A stretch of 62,764 nt of DNA, counting the filler, from Choristocarpus tenellus KU-1152 (lineage: Eukaryota; Protista; Phaeophyceae): NCBI GenBank assembly GCA_964200185.2. It is 12 parts of 12 records of this genome, joined end to end, with 100 filler letters (N's around TTAATTAATTAA, not from the genome) between each part and the next. Parts side by side here need not be neighbours in the genome. Positions count along the whole stretch, not along the records: positions 43,391 to 47,501 come from CAXNAD020016155.1; positions 47,602 to 51,749 come from CAXNAD020015976.1; positions 51,850 to 62,764 come from CAXNAD020002629.1; 9 more parts are not named here. The stretch is one strand, 5' to 3'. The notes beneath the pieces were generated by a model. That model was not told the DNA's origin. It made no database searches and saw only the letters and a list, made by a program, of their open reading frames with translations. Shown here piece after piece: positions 43,291-57,127 of this stretch. The stretch's first letter is position 1. The number at the start of each line of letters is the position of its first letter. A program made the translations under genes and the position numbers.

Positions 43291-44685
43291 NNNNNNNNNN
43301 NNNNNNNNNNNNNNNNNNNNNNNNNNNNNNNNNNTTAATTAATTAANNNNNNNNNNNNNNNNNNNNNNNNNNNNNNNNNNNNNNNNNNNNGAAGGCATCT
43401 TGCAGAGGTTTCCCGCTGCACAAGGCATGGCTTCCACTTTATACCCCTGCCAGCAACGTACTGTACTGCTGTATAGTAGCATAACCCAGGAAGAAGGGCA
43501 CATTTCGCGAGAATATATCTGGGATTTTGCGCCAAATCGCCTGAATACGAGAAATCCGGTATAAAATCCTATTTTTAAGCATGTCCAAAAAAGCGGTACA
43601 AAATTGATTTGTTTCATAATATTTGGCCCAAAATCGGGTAATCCACTGTACCATGGAAGAAAGCAAAAGCAGTAGAAGAAATATTAAACAAAGGAAAACA
43701 TGAAGGAAAAGAAAATAATGGAGAAAAAAGAATAAGACCACCTGAAGGAGAAAAAAAAAAAGGACTAAAATACTGTCTCTATCTCTCGGTCAAACTGTTG
43801 AATATGTATTCTTGAAAGACGTATCCACAAGTACCACCCACACCAATTTGGGACAAATATGATATACCACGAAATTCTCCCCTTCCCTTTTCCCCACCAA
43901 AAAATAGATCAAGCGAGATGAAGGTACAAACGTGTTGGTAGTGGAGGAAAGAGCAGAGTGAGAGGGGCTGGATATATATTCGAAAAAGGCGCATCACTTG
44001 CCCCAGAATAGAACGTACCATTGTTCGAGATATCACAGTGGGCTTCAGTCATAAAGGGGTGGTACTATTAGTTTCCAAACTTTCTCAAATTTCTTGCGAT
44101 ACGTAGGAGACAACTGTTCTTGGAAAGTTCCGTCCGTACATCCCAGTACACCCCATAATTGGACAGATCAACATATTCTCCGCTTTATTTTCTCCAATTA
44201 GCGCTGTCTCCGCCCTATTCTGTTGGGAGTACAGAAGACTCTCGGGCAAACAATGTAATCTTACCCCATAATGCAAGTGGTTAAAGGGTGATACCAGGGC
44301 TTCTTGCATCAAATAGTAGCCCTTCGTGTTGATTTTGTGGCAAGGAACTCTGTGAATTGAATATCTTATCAGTGCAACTCGTCAACACACGTGTATGAGG
44401 CCAAAGATGTAAAAATTGAATTTTGGGGAGAGCTATGATACTGGCTTGTTAGAACTGTCGCAGAGTAAGCACATCCTGTTCAAACGTGACTGCATCTATC
44501 TGGTATTTTCTAATGCAGTTGTTTCTGGTCATACTATATCCCCCTAACTTGCCCCTCCCTGAATATTATTATGAGATGTTATTAGTATGTCTTCGTCGTC
44601 ATAATCATGCCTTTGTAGCAAATTGATGTTTGCTCCATTCATACAGAAGGCAAGTATTCCAAAGGAGTGATTTTGTTGGGTCAGG

Positions 44686-44721
<36 letters not shown>

Positions 44722-45006
44722 TGGCTTGAACACCTCTTCACTACGAAAATTGTGCACCAGCTAGAACTATGAGAGCACGGTGCAAGCAAATCAGTTACCT
44801 GGAGTCGTCCCAAAGACATTGTTTTGGTGGCCATTTCAGAGTACACACACATGCTTCCTCCGTTCGGAATTAAATATAACGTAACATTCACGGCCCTGAT
44901 GAAGAAGATTTTTTTTTTCACGTGTTCAAATTTTATGGGTGTATCGTATAGACACTAAAAGGTTGCCCACCAAAATCTCAAATAAAATGGGGAAGCCTAC
45001 ACCTAG

Positions 45007-46357
45007 CTACGATTCCGCCCCCAAAGTCCTCCAAAACTCTACCCCAGCACGGTATTTTGCTGCATTCACTGGGGCATTCGGGAGGAGCTTGCCCTCCTTC
45101 TCCGCCTTTTCCTTGCTAAGATGGGAAATTTCGAAAACACTGTCACCCTTGGACCCCAACACTTCATGGTAGACTGCAAAGAGGCTCTGTCAGATACGCT
45201 GTAATGTCTCCTGGGGGTACAGATCGAACACCTCCATTGTGGCCTCCAGCAGCTCCTCAGTGTTGTTCACTCCAACGTCTTCCTTCAGCTGCTGGAGTGA
45301 ATGAAATAATCCCATTTCGTTGACGTTAAGGTGAGGTGAGTTGACTGGCTGGATCTCTATGACAATGTCGTCCCCCACGACCTCCTCGATTGCCTCCACG
45401 ATCCCCCCCTTTGCCCCATCTTGCCGCACAAAGATGGTGTGTCCTTCCAATAAGGGCATGTGGGCCTTGATTGCCGGGATGACATCCTCCATCATGAGAT
45501 ACTTATACCTCTCTCCACGTCCACCGTGACTGACACAAGCACCTTGGTGCCCTTGGACAAGTATTTGCTGGGGCGCTGAGCAACCCTAGTGTCCACGATT
45601 GGTCAGATCCCGATTTTCCCATCGAACCACACCCCGTTGGAGAGGTTCCTGGGACGGGCCGCAGCTGCAAGAAAAATCACCTTCATAGTCTAACGTCTAT
45701 TCTGTCCTCGAGGGGTTTGGGGTGGGTTCTCGGTGGGGTGCAGGTTCATGCCTTGCCCATTCTTGAGGATGTAAAACCTCTTCTCGTCCACATGCACCCA
45801 GTCATATAGATTGTCCCCTAATACCCCAATTCCCCCCTTCGTGTGCTTGTGACTGATGACGAAATCCACCCTTTTGGCTTTCTGCCAGTCTGAGATTACA
45901 GGCTTAATCCACCTCTTGACCTTCTTAACCTTCTTGCACTTGCACAGATCCCACAACAAGGCAAGGGAGACCCCAGCTTCGGGCGCCCATTTGTGTACTG
46001 ATGGGACATCCCAAACGTCGAGGATACTTGTACGGTGGCCACATCGCCCTATGCGATGTCGTACAAGGTCCGTGCATTCACCCAGTGCAATCACAGAGCG
46101 ATCTGGCTGCCATACTCCTTCAGGTGACGGCACACAGTGATTCGGAAAATTCCGAAATTCTCCGGGATGGCCGCTGTCCCGCGAGGCATCCAAGTTTCCC
46201 GCCCTCTCACCTCCAGGCATCGCACCACCACGCTACTCTTCGTTGGGGTATTTGAGTCTGGACCCCGGGCAGACTTCTGGGCCGTAGAATTGGGACCGAT
46301 AGGTGACGAAGGGATGAGCGAGCCTCTCGAACGATGGACGGTCTTCGTCCTTGGCAT
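45007..46357 (-). pseudogene. Tc1/mariner transposase pseudogene, plant/oomycete-type (DD39D-like) lineage
   Basis: Frameshifted motifs: WIKPVISDWQKAKRVDF, WVHVDEKRFYI, KVIFLAAAARP...WFDGKIGI, VIPAIKAHMP...IFVRQDGA, QPVNSPHLNVNEMGLFHSLQ. Confidence 0.85.
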
Positions 46358-47282
46358 CCCAATAAACACCCCGTTTGACAGTTTCACAAGGATTTTGAAC
46401 CCCATCAAATTTAGTCGACTTTACAGTGGTATTCCTCCACAGTCATGGGACCCCACCATCTCAACCTTTGCAAGCCTCCCAATCTATATGAGAACTAAGA
46501 TTCGTCCAGAAGATTTGTCATGTGGGTCATTCCCAGACGAGAACGGAGCTTCAAAATGTTATATGTTACATTTAATTCTGAAAGGATGGAGTACACTACA
46601 CACTCCTTGAGATCTTTTTTAGCACTAACGTGTCCATGGAAAACCTTTTATATATATATAAAGCTCTCCATTCCAGTTGTTCACCAAGAATCCTCCAATA
46701 ATACTACATGAACGACGTAAGAGAACTCAAACTGTTTCCTTGTCTAAATATTTTATTATTGTGCCCTCTGACATTTAACAGCCTCTCACTAAAATTGAGG
46801 ATGGAGCATACTACGGAGGATGGGTTTGACCGAAAATGGTGCAGAAAAAGTGCCGTTATGTTTTTTTTTGTAAATGTTGCGGCAATTTTTTAGGGCCCCT
46901 TTTTGAATGAGAATCCATGCCAAAGGTGGTAGTAGGACAGTGTGTGGAGGGCGGCAATGATTTCGTTTGATCGTCGCGCACATGTATGCCCTGCGTTGGA
47001 TTGCTTGATTGAATAATTGATGCGGTCGCTGGAGTCGTTTGACTGTCGATGGTGGAGGTGGTAGAAAAAAATAGTACTATAACCGTTCTTACAATTTTCT
47101 AAAAATACAAAGCATGTACTTCATAGGTCTCACACGTTTCCAATGTTCAGAAACTAAAAGGCCACTTTCAACTGGTACCCTGCAATTTATTTAAATACTA
47201 AAGTCACTTTTTGTCGACTTTAGGATTCTTAAAAATACTAGAGACGACAAAAAGCGGCTCTGGATTTTTATTGATCCGATCG

Positions 47283-47501
47283 GAGTGAAAGTATCTTAAA
47301 GGGTACGAGGTTTGCCCTGTTTGTCCATTTGGGGCTTGGCTTCCCATGGATTTTTTTATGACGTATTCCTACTCCAAGATGTTTAGGAGTAGGTAAAATG
47401 TATACGTTATGGAAACGTATGTCCGGAACAAGGATATTGACACTTCCTAACAAACACAATAGCCAAAGTTTCATCAAAATCGCAACATTGGATTTTGACC
47501 C
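47283..47501 (-). mobile_element. MITE family A copy 5, truncated by the contig end
   Basis: gagtgaaagtatcttaaagggtacg plus the conserved interior. Confidence 0.9.
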
Positions 47502-49483
47502 NNNNNNNNNNNNNNNNNNNNNNNNNNNNNNNNNNNNNNNNNNNNTTAATTAATTAANNNNNNNNNNNNNNNNNNNNNNNNNNNNNNNNNNNNNNNNNNN
47601 NACCATCCTCATAGTCCCGCTCCATCCTCAATTTTGAAAATCCACTGTTTTATGTACTTGGAAATATCCTCTTACTACTCAAAACCACAAAACAGAAAAT
47701 ATGTCGTACCACAAGAGCACTAATACCTCGAAAATGTCGAGTGATCCAGCTGCTTCGACCCTTGTCTGCCTGCTATTGAGCTTTTGCCTTGTTTGACATC
47801 CTTGACTGCTATATCGAGATCACATATCATCGCCCTGAGCCTTAAAAGCTGAAGCTTTGCGGTTTGTTTGATGCATTTGGTGTCTGTTTTCGGTGTGGGT
47901 GTGTAGAGATGGTGTAGTGGACATCATCATAGGTGAACGAATCATATGTGCATAAGGTTTCCACATGCATTTGGAAGGCATTCCTAGCAGTTGAGACCTA
48001 ACAAACACCGACGTGTGCCTGCCGAACCACTGAGAATCTTGACCACCAACCCGTCACCTGATGTGCTCGAACACCTTCAAGCTTCAATCTACATGCTCAT
48101 CATTCCGTTCTCTTCCTCCTCCTTGTAAAGAAGTGTGCTGAGTCGTACCATTGAACCTCTACGATTTGACAATTACTATCGAGATTAATTGGGACGGGAA
48201 GTTGAGGGGATTTTTTCGATTCGATATTTTCAAAGGGAATTCATAGTGTGTACTCTTCCCCCGGAGGTCGGCGATTCTAGCGCCTTTACCTGAAACCTTT
48301 TGTGCATTCATATAAATGTGTTCGCTTCATAGCACTGAAAAGCAATGTTTTTGAGTGGCAAAATATGGAGTAAAAAATCGATTATGTATTGCCTAGAAGA
48401 ATATGAAACGGGTAGAAACTGGCAGACGGGTTCTTCAGACTGAGGGGGGGCAGGAAGACCCACGGGAGGATGCGGAAAGGAGAGAGACAACGGAGGAAGG
48501 ACAGTCAACCCCAAGAAAGTTACTCAGAAGGGAAGCGACTAAGGAAGTGGATGAGGGGAACTTGAAGTCTGGAACCTCCACTCAACATCCTAAAGTTGAT
48601 ATCATCAGGAGGAAACAAATCCTGAAGTATACCTTATAAAGGAAGTGTGCCTCAAAGATATACCTAGGAGTGAAGGTGACTATCACTAATACATGAGGAA
48701 GAAAAAATAAAGAAAAATTCAAAGTAGTTAAGAAGGGTAAACAAAGTGAAGAAAACCCACACATAATGTGCTAACACCTAACATCCAATAGCTGGGATAG
48801 AACCTTCATGGAAAGGGAGGAGAGAATCCTTGTAGTTCAGCGGTTAATAGATGGACAGCATTTCTGCTATCTATTTCCAACAGTAGAGTGGGACTCACCA
48901 TGAAACCCTAACGTGAAAAGGAGGGTTAATGCCAATGTGCATTCATTCCCTAATTTTTCCTTTCCCAGTACAAAATGGATAAAGCAAGGAATACTATATG
49001 GAAGGTTCGATACAGAAGAATTTTCTGCCATTGCTAGGAATGGACCAAACCCACCAACTTCAATATTAGTCTAAGATTAATTGCGCTCTGATGCCACCAT
49101 ACTACCTGAAGGAGATTAGGTCGATATTGATGTGTAGCATCGTATGCTGGTTGTGTTCCTTGATATAATGCTCAATAATACAAGTGGTAGGCAATGCCTT
49201 GACGATCAGTCGCAATTTTCGTGGATCATTGGCTTTGATTTTTATTCTGCAATATTTTAGTCGTATTATTGGACTGGATATCATCATAGAAGGGAGGGCT
49301 GGTTGGCTCAGAACTCGAGCAAAACATTTCCACATAGTACTGATACAGTATCTAGACCAAACTAAACGAGACGTACGTAAGGTTTTGGGCGTTTTGCATT
49401 TTAACACGTTTTTTTCATCTTTTGCAGATCACCCTTGTTTCTATGGACGAAGTTCTAAGATTGACTTGAGAGCGTTGATATCT

Positions 49484-49759
49484 GATCAAAGCATTTCAGA
49501 GGATAGGAGATTACCCCATTTTGTCCGTTCGGGGCTTGGCTTCCCACCTGTTTTTTTTGCCCTTTTTTTTCTAATTAACACAGTTACCTAATCCGAAACA
49601 TTTCGGAATATAGGTAAAATATACACAACTCTGAAAAGTGTATCCGAGCAAGGATATTGATACTTCTAACAAGCAAGATAGTCAAAATTACATCAAAATC
49701 GTAACATTAGATTTATGTCCCGAACGGACACGACCCTACCATCTGAAATGCTTTGGATC
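49484..49759 (-). mobile_element. MITE family A copy 6 (old, diverged)
   Basis: The interior is recognisable (ggggcttggcttccca, aggatattga, caaaattacatcaaaatcg). The TIRs are degenerate. Confidence 0.75.
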
Positions 49760-51705
49760 TTCCCTGTTGTGTGAAAAGAATTACAGAATTCGGAAAATTC
49801 CCCACAAACGTTTGCATTAAAAATCCGAAATTTGCGCATATTTGTCAACAATGCAACCCTGATACCCCTCGCTTACTTTGACTCTACAGTCCTATGCACT
49901 AACTCTTACACATCAAATTACATATAATCCCAACTGGGTAAACAAATCTTGGCACTGTAACAACTATCCTTGCTCACCAAAGTACTAGATTGTGTTGATT
50001 TATGATCATTAGTTGGCGTGCATATTAACCACCTTCCTTTCTTGGTATTTCCACGCCATCTCTTTGTAGGGATGTTCGTTTTGTGGTGCACAGGAGCGTA
50101 CGGTTTTCAGATTTTTCTTGTATGATGTCAAAGAAAATATTTTCGGGGGACGAGTTTAGCCCATAAGCAAGGAGGAGGAGGAGGAGGAGGATGTGCTTAC
50201 CATAGGATTAGCGTTTGTTTTTATACATTAGTTCTTGAGCATGGCTACCATGACCACGACAACAATAACCCACAGGCTTTCGCGATGACTCTCTAGCACC
50301 ATGAAATATCCCTCACATAGCTTTTAGTAAACTTGATTGTGTGTTTGGCAAACGAGAAGGGTTCTAGGAAAAATCTACACCTTGAACAAAGGGAAACAAT
50401 AAATAGGGAAGGATACAACAGGGGAGCAGCAAAAGCAACTTCATGTACTACATGCTTGTGGACTCTGGTGCTTTGCCACTGAGATAATATTGAGATTGCT
50501 GGTAGGTGTATTTTCGCAAACCCCTAAGGGAGCACTCCTCTCTGCTTAGAGACTAACCCCCTTCCCTGCTTTCTCTTAGGTGCACCTTTTTTGGAGACGA
50601 CAGATTATCTATTCCCTCACAGGCCTGGGTGATGGCTTGCTAAAATCACCATATCAACTCAATTGAAGCATTTCGCAAACTTTGGATGTTGAGTGTGGCG
50701 CTTCTTTGAGTACTAATAAAACAAATTGCTGTGTGTGACGTGAAATGGGTGGGAACGCGACTAGTTATCCTAAAGCTTGAGACGTGCACTTGTCCATGGC
50801 ACTTACATGATGATGCAATCCACCACAAACTTAGAATGGGGTCTTTGGTCTTTTCATTCCACAAACTTATCACAACGTTCTTGAAACTTGGAGGCAGAGT
50901 GTGTGGAGTTCACCGCATAGCTCGAGGTCATGTCATGCATACCTCTTTGTTGAGCTTTTGACCAACGTGAGGATACTGGAGGAGCATTTATCATACTTCC
51001 AAGTCACAACTACAAGGTTGTCAGCACACAACCAGTCAAGTCAACTGTGAGATAGGCAGGGTTGCATTTTAAGGATATCAAGAAAGGACCAAATTAGGAT
51101 ATTTTGCACAATTCTAGAGAGAGCCAGCCTTTGGTGAATTGTGGTGTCACTTTGTGTGCTGAAAGGGAGGATATCGATATTGTGTACACTATTGTGCAGA
51201 TAAAGCACCAAGATAGGGTGTATTGCACAGAGTAAGAAAGATGACCAAGAGTGCAAAAGGGCCCAAACCTGCCTACCTTCAAATTGGTTTGGCTCAATAA
51301 TAGGGGGTGAAGGGCTTGTCGTACCCACCTTCAATCGTGCAATCGCTTGTACTTCAATCAAATACATCACATGTCACCGTTCAACGATCGTGATACAAGG
51401 TAGCAACTGCTTAGGTTTCGTATTATCCTATACTTCATGCTAGTAGTATGTTCAAAATATCTACATGTGCTTCAAGAGAACAAGAAAAAAACGTTGTGTG
51501 AAATAATCGTTTCACCGTTTGCTTCGTGATAGAAGACGGCGGTACGTCGAGATATTGTGCAATAGTACATACATTACACCAGTACTGTACGATCAAATAC
51601 CTACATGTTCTTTAAGACAATGTCAAGAGTCTTGTACAAAGCCAAGGCCTCATTGGTGGTCTCGTTCCTCTTGATTCAAGATGGCAATCCATCATGTTTT
51701 TCAAC

Positions 51706-51934
51706 GGGTCAAAGTATCTGGGGGGGGGGGGGTTGGGGTCCGTTTTTCANNNNNNNNNNNNNNNNNNNNNNNNNNNNNNNNNNNNNNNNNNNNTTAATTA
51801 ATTAANNNNNNNNNNNNNNNNNNNNNNNNNNNNNNNNNNNNNNNNNNNNGATACTGTAAATGCACTTTTCCTTATTCTGGTCCAAATGGACACCCTGGTC
51901 TAGACCCCTCCCCCCCTCCCAGATACTTTGGGTC
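51706..51934. mobile_element. MITE family B termini flanking a linker (51706-51749 and 51850-51934)
   Basis: gggtcaaagtatct-polyG, and ccaaatggacaccctggtctagac-polyC-agatactttgggtc. Confidence 0.8.
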
Positions 51935-51935
51935 A

Positions 51936-52406
51936 TAAATTCCTTTCATCTTCATCTATCACTTTCTCGGTTCGACGTTATGTTTATCTGCTCGGGTTGT
52001 TACAATTTCAAATGGACACACACACCCTCGACCATCTCGCCACGCTTTGGAAACTGATGGAATTTACCATTCGACGGAACACATCAAATTCATTCATCAC
52101 CGGCTGCCATATGTCAAGCACAGACCTCTGCGCGGTAGTCCTACATACATCTAACCCGGGTCAGCATGTAAATCTCTTTCATGTTCACCTTTCACTTTCG
52201 AGATTCGACGTAATGTGTTCGCGCTCAGGAGTACCATTTCAAATCTACACACACACCCCCCAACGGTATTGCCGCGCTTTGGATATTGATTGTGTACACC
52301 GTTCGACAGAACACATGAAATGCACTCACTATTGCCCGCCCTATGTCAAGCGCAAACCTGTGCATGATTGCCCCTGTTATATCTGACCTTGATCTGCGCG
52401 TAAATT
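51936..52406. repeat. Two diverged tandem copies of a ~233-bp unit
   Basis: taaat..tttcat.ttca.ct.tcacttt...ttcgacgt.atgt...tttcaaat..acacacacacc...ttcgac.gaacacat.aaat...tatgtcaagc repeats at 51936 and 52169. Confidence 0.85.
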
Positions 52407-52759
52407 CCCACCAGGTTGCGTCCGATATTGGTACGTATTATTCATATTTATATCCATTCCAAGTCGACTGCGTTAACAGTTTAACATTTCTTGGTAAATA
52501 GTGACCTCGCAGGAAAGCATTTCGCCATCCCCATTTCCACGCAATCGCTACGCTCTTTTCATATCTCGTTTGCATAGCCCACGCACAGACACGAACCCTG
52601 CACTCCGTGCAGATCCCGTCATCATTAATCACATAGTCCACCACTGTTCATATAAAGATATCCTTCATGCGCTCGGCTAACCGTCGCATCCACCCCTACG
52701 TGGACATCGTTGGTCTTTGCTGATACCATTGTCCCAACATTTCCCCTCTGTCTTCACAG

Positions 52760-55700
52760 ACAGCTGGCCGGAGGCCCAAAAACTAATGAAGACCAAAAGA
52801 CCACATACATCGTAAAGTCCAACCTCAGCGCGACCTGCACGATGGACCTCGCAACGTCTGCCTACATGACACAGAGGTATAACGCCAACCTTCTGGACAC
52901 TGATAGAGTGGAGTCTATGTTCTCCAAGCTAGGTCCGGACCCAGTTGTTGCTGCCGATAGGCTCGCGGGGATCTTGAGTGGACTGCCTTTTCCCCTGTGC
53001 TACAGATGGAAGACCATAAGCGACATCAAAGCCGACATGCGCAGGGCGAACGTGCCCTCTAGTGTACCTGATGACGAACTACTTGCAACCTACATCACCA
53101 ACGGCAACCTGGACGTAGACGAGAATGGCGACGAGAGGGATATAGATGACGACGACAACCTCTTATTTTGCCTGAATGGACAATACCGCATAACGGTGCT
53201 GAGAACAATCCATTGAGTCGCGCACGAGGAAAATATCCCAGGTGGCATCAACCTCCCGGCCCATGTCACAACGCGATGGGCCTCGGACGTCGCAGTGAAC
53301 CTCCAGATGGGCGATCACAGGAGCTTCATGTGGAAGATCTATCCGCACTGCAACCGCGAAAAGGCTGAATCCATTTCGATAGGAGAGAGTGCGGCGGCCA
53401 GTAGGTCGCATGTGCCCAACATTCTCGACATATTCCTCTGAATGGTGTCCTGGGTCGCTGTTATCCTGGAGTATAGGCGCGACTTCGGTTGCGACAGGTC
53501 CCGCCCTTACATCAATGAAATGGAAGAGGCCTCTGATCGTCGCACGCGCATGGCGACATTGGTCACCAAGTGCAACTAGTATTGTCTAGGTGACGTAGAC
53601 TTCCGGAGTGACGACGCCGCGTTACAGACGGCTATTAAGAGGAGGGTAGCTGCCAAGATAAAGGCATTCCTTAAAGAAGCTTGGGAGGACATACATATGG
53701 AAGCTGGGGTGAATAGACTCACAGACCAGACCTCCGTCCAATTCTTCAACGCGATAGCCACCCTTATCTACATATGCGCGGGAGAAGGTGAGATTCTCAT
53801 GGCTCCTTGAACAGGAAACGCTTCGTAAAACGATTGTGAAGCACCGCGTACCTTTCATCTAATATATCCATATTAATTCCGCGTCGTTGGTCTAACATAC
53901 CCCACCCCTCTCTTCCCCTCGCTATGCTCCACCAGAGGCAAAAGAACTGGAGGAGATCCTTCTCGGTGTGTGGAGAGAGCACAAGAAGCGCGAGGGGTCG
54001 AGTGTAAGCGCAATGCACCCGTATTAACATTAGTATATGAAATACCCCATCACCAACAGTCCAACAACACAGTAGTAACCCCTGCCTTCCAATATTCTGA
54101 GTTTGAATTGACGTTTCACACATGTGTAATGCTATCGACCGTATGACACACACCATCAACCAACAAACCCGCTCCCTCTCCCAAGTTCTTCTGTCCTGAT
54201 CACATTACCTTATCCTCCACTCACCTAACGCGCACCTGACCAGGACAAATTCGACTTCAGAGCGGTTCACATGTTCACTGTGGTGTGGAATGCTAACCTG
54301 GACGCCACCATGGATTCCCTTAAGAACAGCGGGGGGTTCACGCACATGTACAGGTTGAAGGTGGGATAAACGTTCCCAACCATTTTGTCTCCACTCGACG
54401 TCGCCATACTTGACATAGGGCAGAAAGTAACCAAGGATTTGACGTATTCTGACGAACGGTAGAGCGATCAATTCCCAGCGATCCCCATGCCTGTAAGGTC
54501 CCGATGTGCTACGCGCATCCCTTGCTTTTCCCTCCCTGGCAGATACCCTGCCAATTTTAATTCCTCGATATTCTCAAAGCTCGTTTACAGGTATCCTAAC
54601 CACACTCTGTTACCCTGAACACCGGTGACGAACACACAGGCGAGCAATTGCATCATTGCACGACAGAGTGAAAGTATCTTAGAGGGTGCGAGTTTTGCTC
54701 TGTTTGTCCATTTTGAGCTTGGCTTCCCTTGTTTTTTTTTATGACATTTTCCTACTCCAAAACGTTTCGGAGTAGGTAAAATATATGCGTTATGAAATGG
54801 TGTGTCCAGAATATGGATATTGATACTTCCTAGCAAATACGATAGCCAAAATTACACCAACATCGCAACATTGGATTTTGGCCCCCAAATGGACGCGGCT
54901 CTACCCTCTAAGATACTTTGGCTCGACATCGCCATAGGTTAACATCCAAACACCCTTCCTTCCCCACATCAAACACACAACCTAGACTCTCTTCCATCCT
55001 ATTGACGCTCGACAGTTACACGACGAACATTGTCACAGGTTTCTCCGATTCTTTCAAAGGTCGCGAAGTTGCTCGTCGTACTCGCTGTGCCGTACTTTGC
55101 CTATGTTGTACCGATGGACAGAACCCGGCAAAAGGAGAGAAATTATGTCGTGGTTACATGCTAGTCCTATACGCTTCCTATTGACCCTTTGTTATCAGCC
55201 CTATTCGTGCCCCTGTCCTGGGGGCTCGCATAATCGGCACACCTTCAAAGAACCGCCACTACTCTGGTCCATCCATCCTTTCCGCAGCCCCAGCATCCTC
55301 CATTGCATCCTGTCCCGCGTACTCCTTCTCTCGAACCTCTATCTCATCCCTTTCCTCGTAACACTAACAACTCCTCCCGTCGTTTTTAACCCCACTTCGC
55401 CACGACGTTTGCCGCTCCTCCGCTATCACAGAGATAACGCATGTGACAAACATTTTGATCACGCCAGAGAACCTATCGACGTCCGAGCACGACCTCGATA
55501 AGTTCAAGTCTGAGACCAACGCAGCTCACGAGAGAGAAGTCGCCCTTCTCCAGACACGACCGGGGGGCCTGGTCATCAGCACCGCCCTCGGGGACAACTT
55601 CGACCCGGATCTTGTCAAACTCCTGCAGGACGAGCTCTACACATTGACCAATTTTGCACTGGTGAAGACACCGGTAGCAGGTGGCGTATCCACCAGCATA

Positions 55701-57127
55701 CCTTGTGGGAGACCCGACACACCAGGTGTTCGAGAGGAGCAAGATAACCCATCACCTAGCCCTGCAGTAGATACGGGAAGCAGGAGTCTAGAGAGGGGGA
55801 GGCATACAATTACACCCTCGGAACACGACTCTGAAGGAGATGGGGACCGACCCATTTGTAACGGATTGTCAGGCCCAGAGGAAATTCCTATGGAGGACTT
55901 GAGGGGGCGGCTAGGCAAGGACTCGGAGTACACGCCTGTCAAGAGTGCCACAGGGATGTCCCCGAACGCCCGTTCCGTGGACATCGTCGGAACTGAGTCA
56001 CAAGTATCAGGGAAAGTTTGCGACCACAGTGTGAGGCGAAGCGAAAACTGCGTACATGTTGATCGTAACACAACCCCAACGAAGATGCCTTCGAAGAAGG
56101 ACAAAGGGAACCGCAATAGGACCCTGATTAGGAAAAAGAGGGTTAGAGAAGATCTGAAGACGAGGTGGACCGACCCAATAGTGACGCTTTCACATGTCCA
56201 GAGGAACTTCCTGTGGAGGACGTGAGGGGGCAGCGAGGCAAGGAATCGGAGTCCATGCTTGTCTGGAGTGACACAGGAATGTCCCCGAATCCCCATTCGG
56301 TGGGCAGTGGTGGCGATGAGGCAAAGGTGCCAGGGAACGTGTACGACCATAGTGTGAGGCCAAGTGAGAACCGTGACAGTTCCACAACCCAAAGGGGCAA
56401 GCCTTCCGAGGAGGGCGAAGTCCGGGGTTCTAGGACACAAATAAGGAAAAGGAGGGCGAGAGAAGGTGCTGGACAGACGAGACCTTTAAAACAGCCAGTT
56501 GATCCTGATGGCAGCATATTAGAACTTGGCTTCCTTGACGACGTCTTCGCTTCTGCCAAAATGGGCAGATGCACGGTACATCCATGTTCACCCACATTGA
56601 GGGACGACGATGACGACCAAAGATCATCTCATGGTGAGGAGGATTGCGTCGCACAGGACATAGCCGACTCCGGCGATGCATCCGATGTGGGGATCACCGA
56701 AGCCTTCATGGAGGCATGCGTCACCGAGCTCCTATGATCGGCAACGAAACCTGCTTCAGCACAGTATCGAGTGCAGACGCAAATCCTAACCCACGTCATA
56801 TACGATCACGGGTTCAGGCTCGTTAAGGCCGGTAAAGGGACCGTTTCTCTTATTTTCGGGGATGAATGCTACGTCCATGGACCCACACAGGTTAAACTCG
56901 GCAATCATGGAGGGAAGCCAGGCAATACGTTTTGTCCCGAGCATGTGGAAGCGCTCCAGGCGAAGAAGGCTATCTTCTTGAGCCTCGTGAAGCCCGAGCC
57001 TTGGAACACCAGGTACTCCACGCGCCTAAATCTATGGCATCTTTTTGTCAAGGCATACCCTAAGCTCACAGAGTGGTGGGAGAAGGGTGACGAATGCAAT
57101 TTCGAGTCCACCCAGCAATTGAAATAG
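52760..57127 (+). pseudogene. Large decayed coding region of probable mobile-element origin (ParB/DGQHR-like segment, low-complexity segment with ~310-bp internal duplication, C-terminal globular segment)
   Basis: Long frames are broken by a few stops and frameshifts: 52760-53850 (…LFCLNGQYRITVLRTIH*…), ~54244-54495, 55431-56737 (repeat GPEEIPMEDLRG..DHSVRRSEN / CPEELPVEDVRG..DHSVRPSEN) and 56771-57127. Several segments are preceded by pyrimidine tract-AG. Confidence 0.5.
54666..54924 (-). mobile_element. MITE family A copy 7, TSD GACA
   Basis: gaca|gagtgaaagtatcttagagggt...accctctaagatactttggctc|gaca. Confidence 0.95.

Noticed and set aside
43780-44520. Possible MULE-type transposase relic
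   Set aside because: Only a vague resemblance in broken frames; insufficient support.
48250-51400. Possible hAT or gypsy-integrase relics (a short similarity to 62600-62670 was also seen)
   Set aside because: Too degenerate to call by eye; no intact catalytic motifs.
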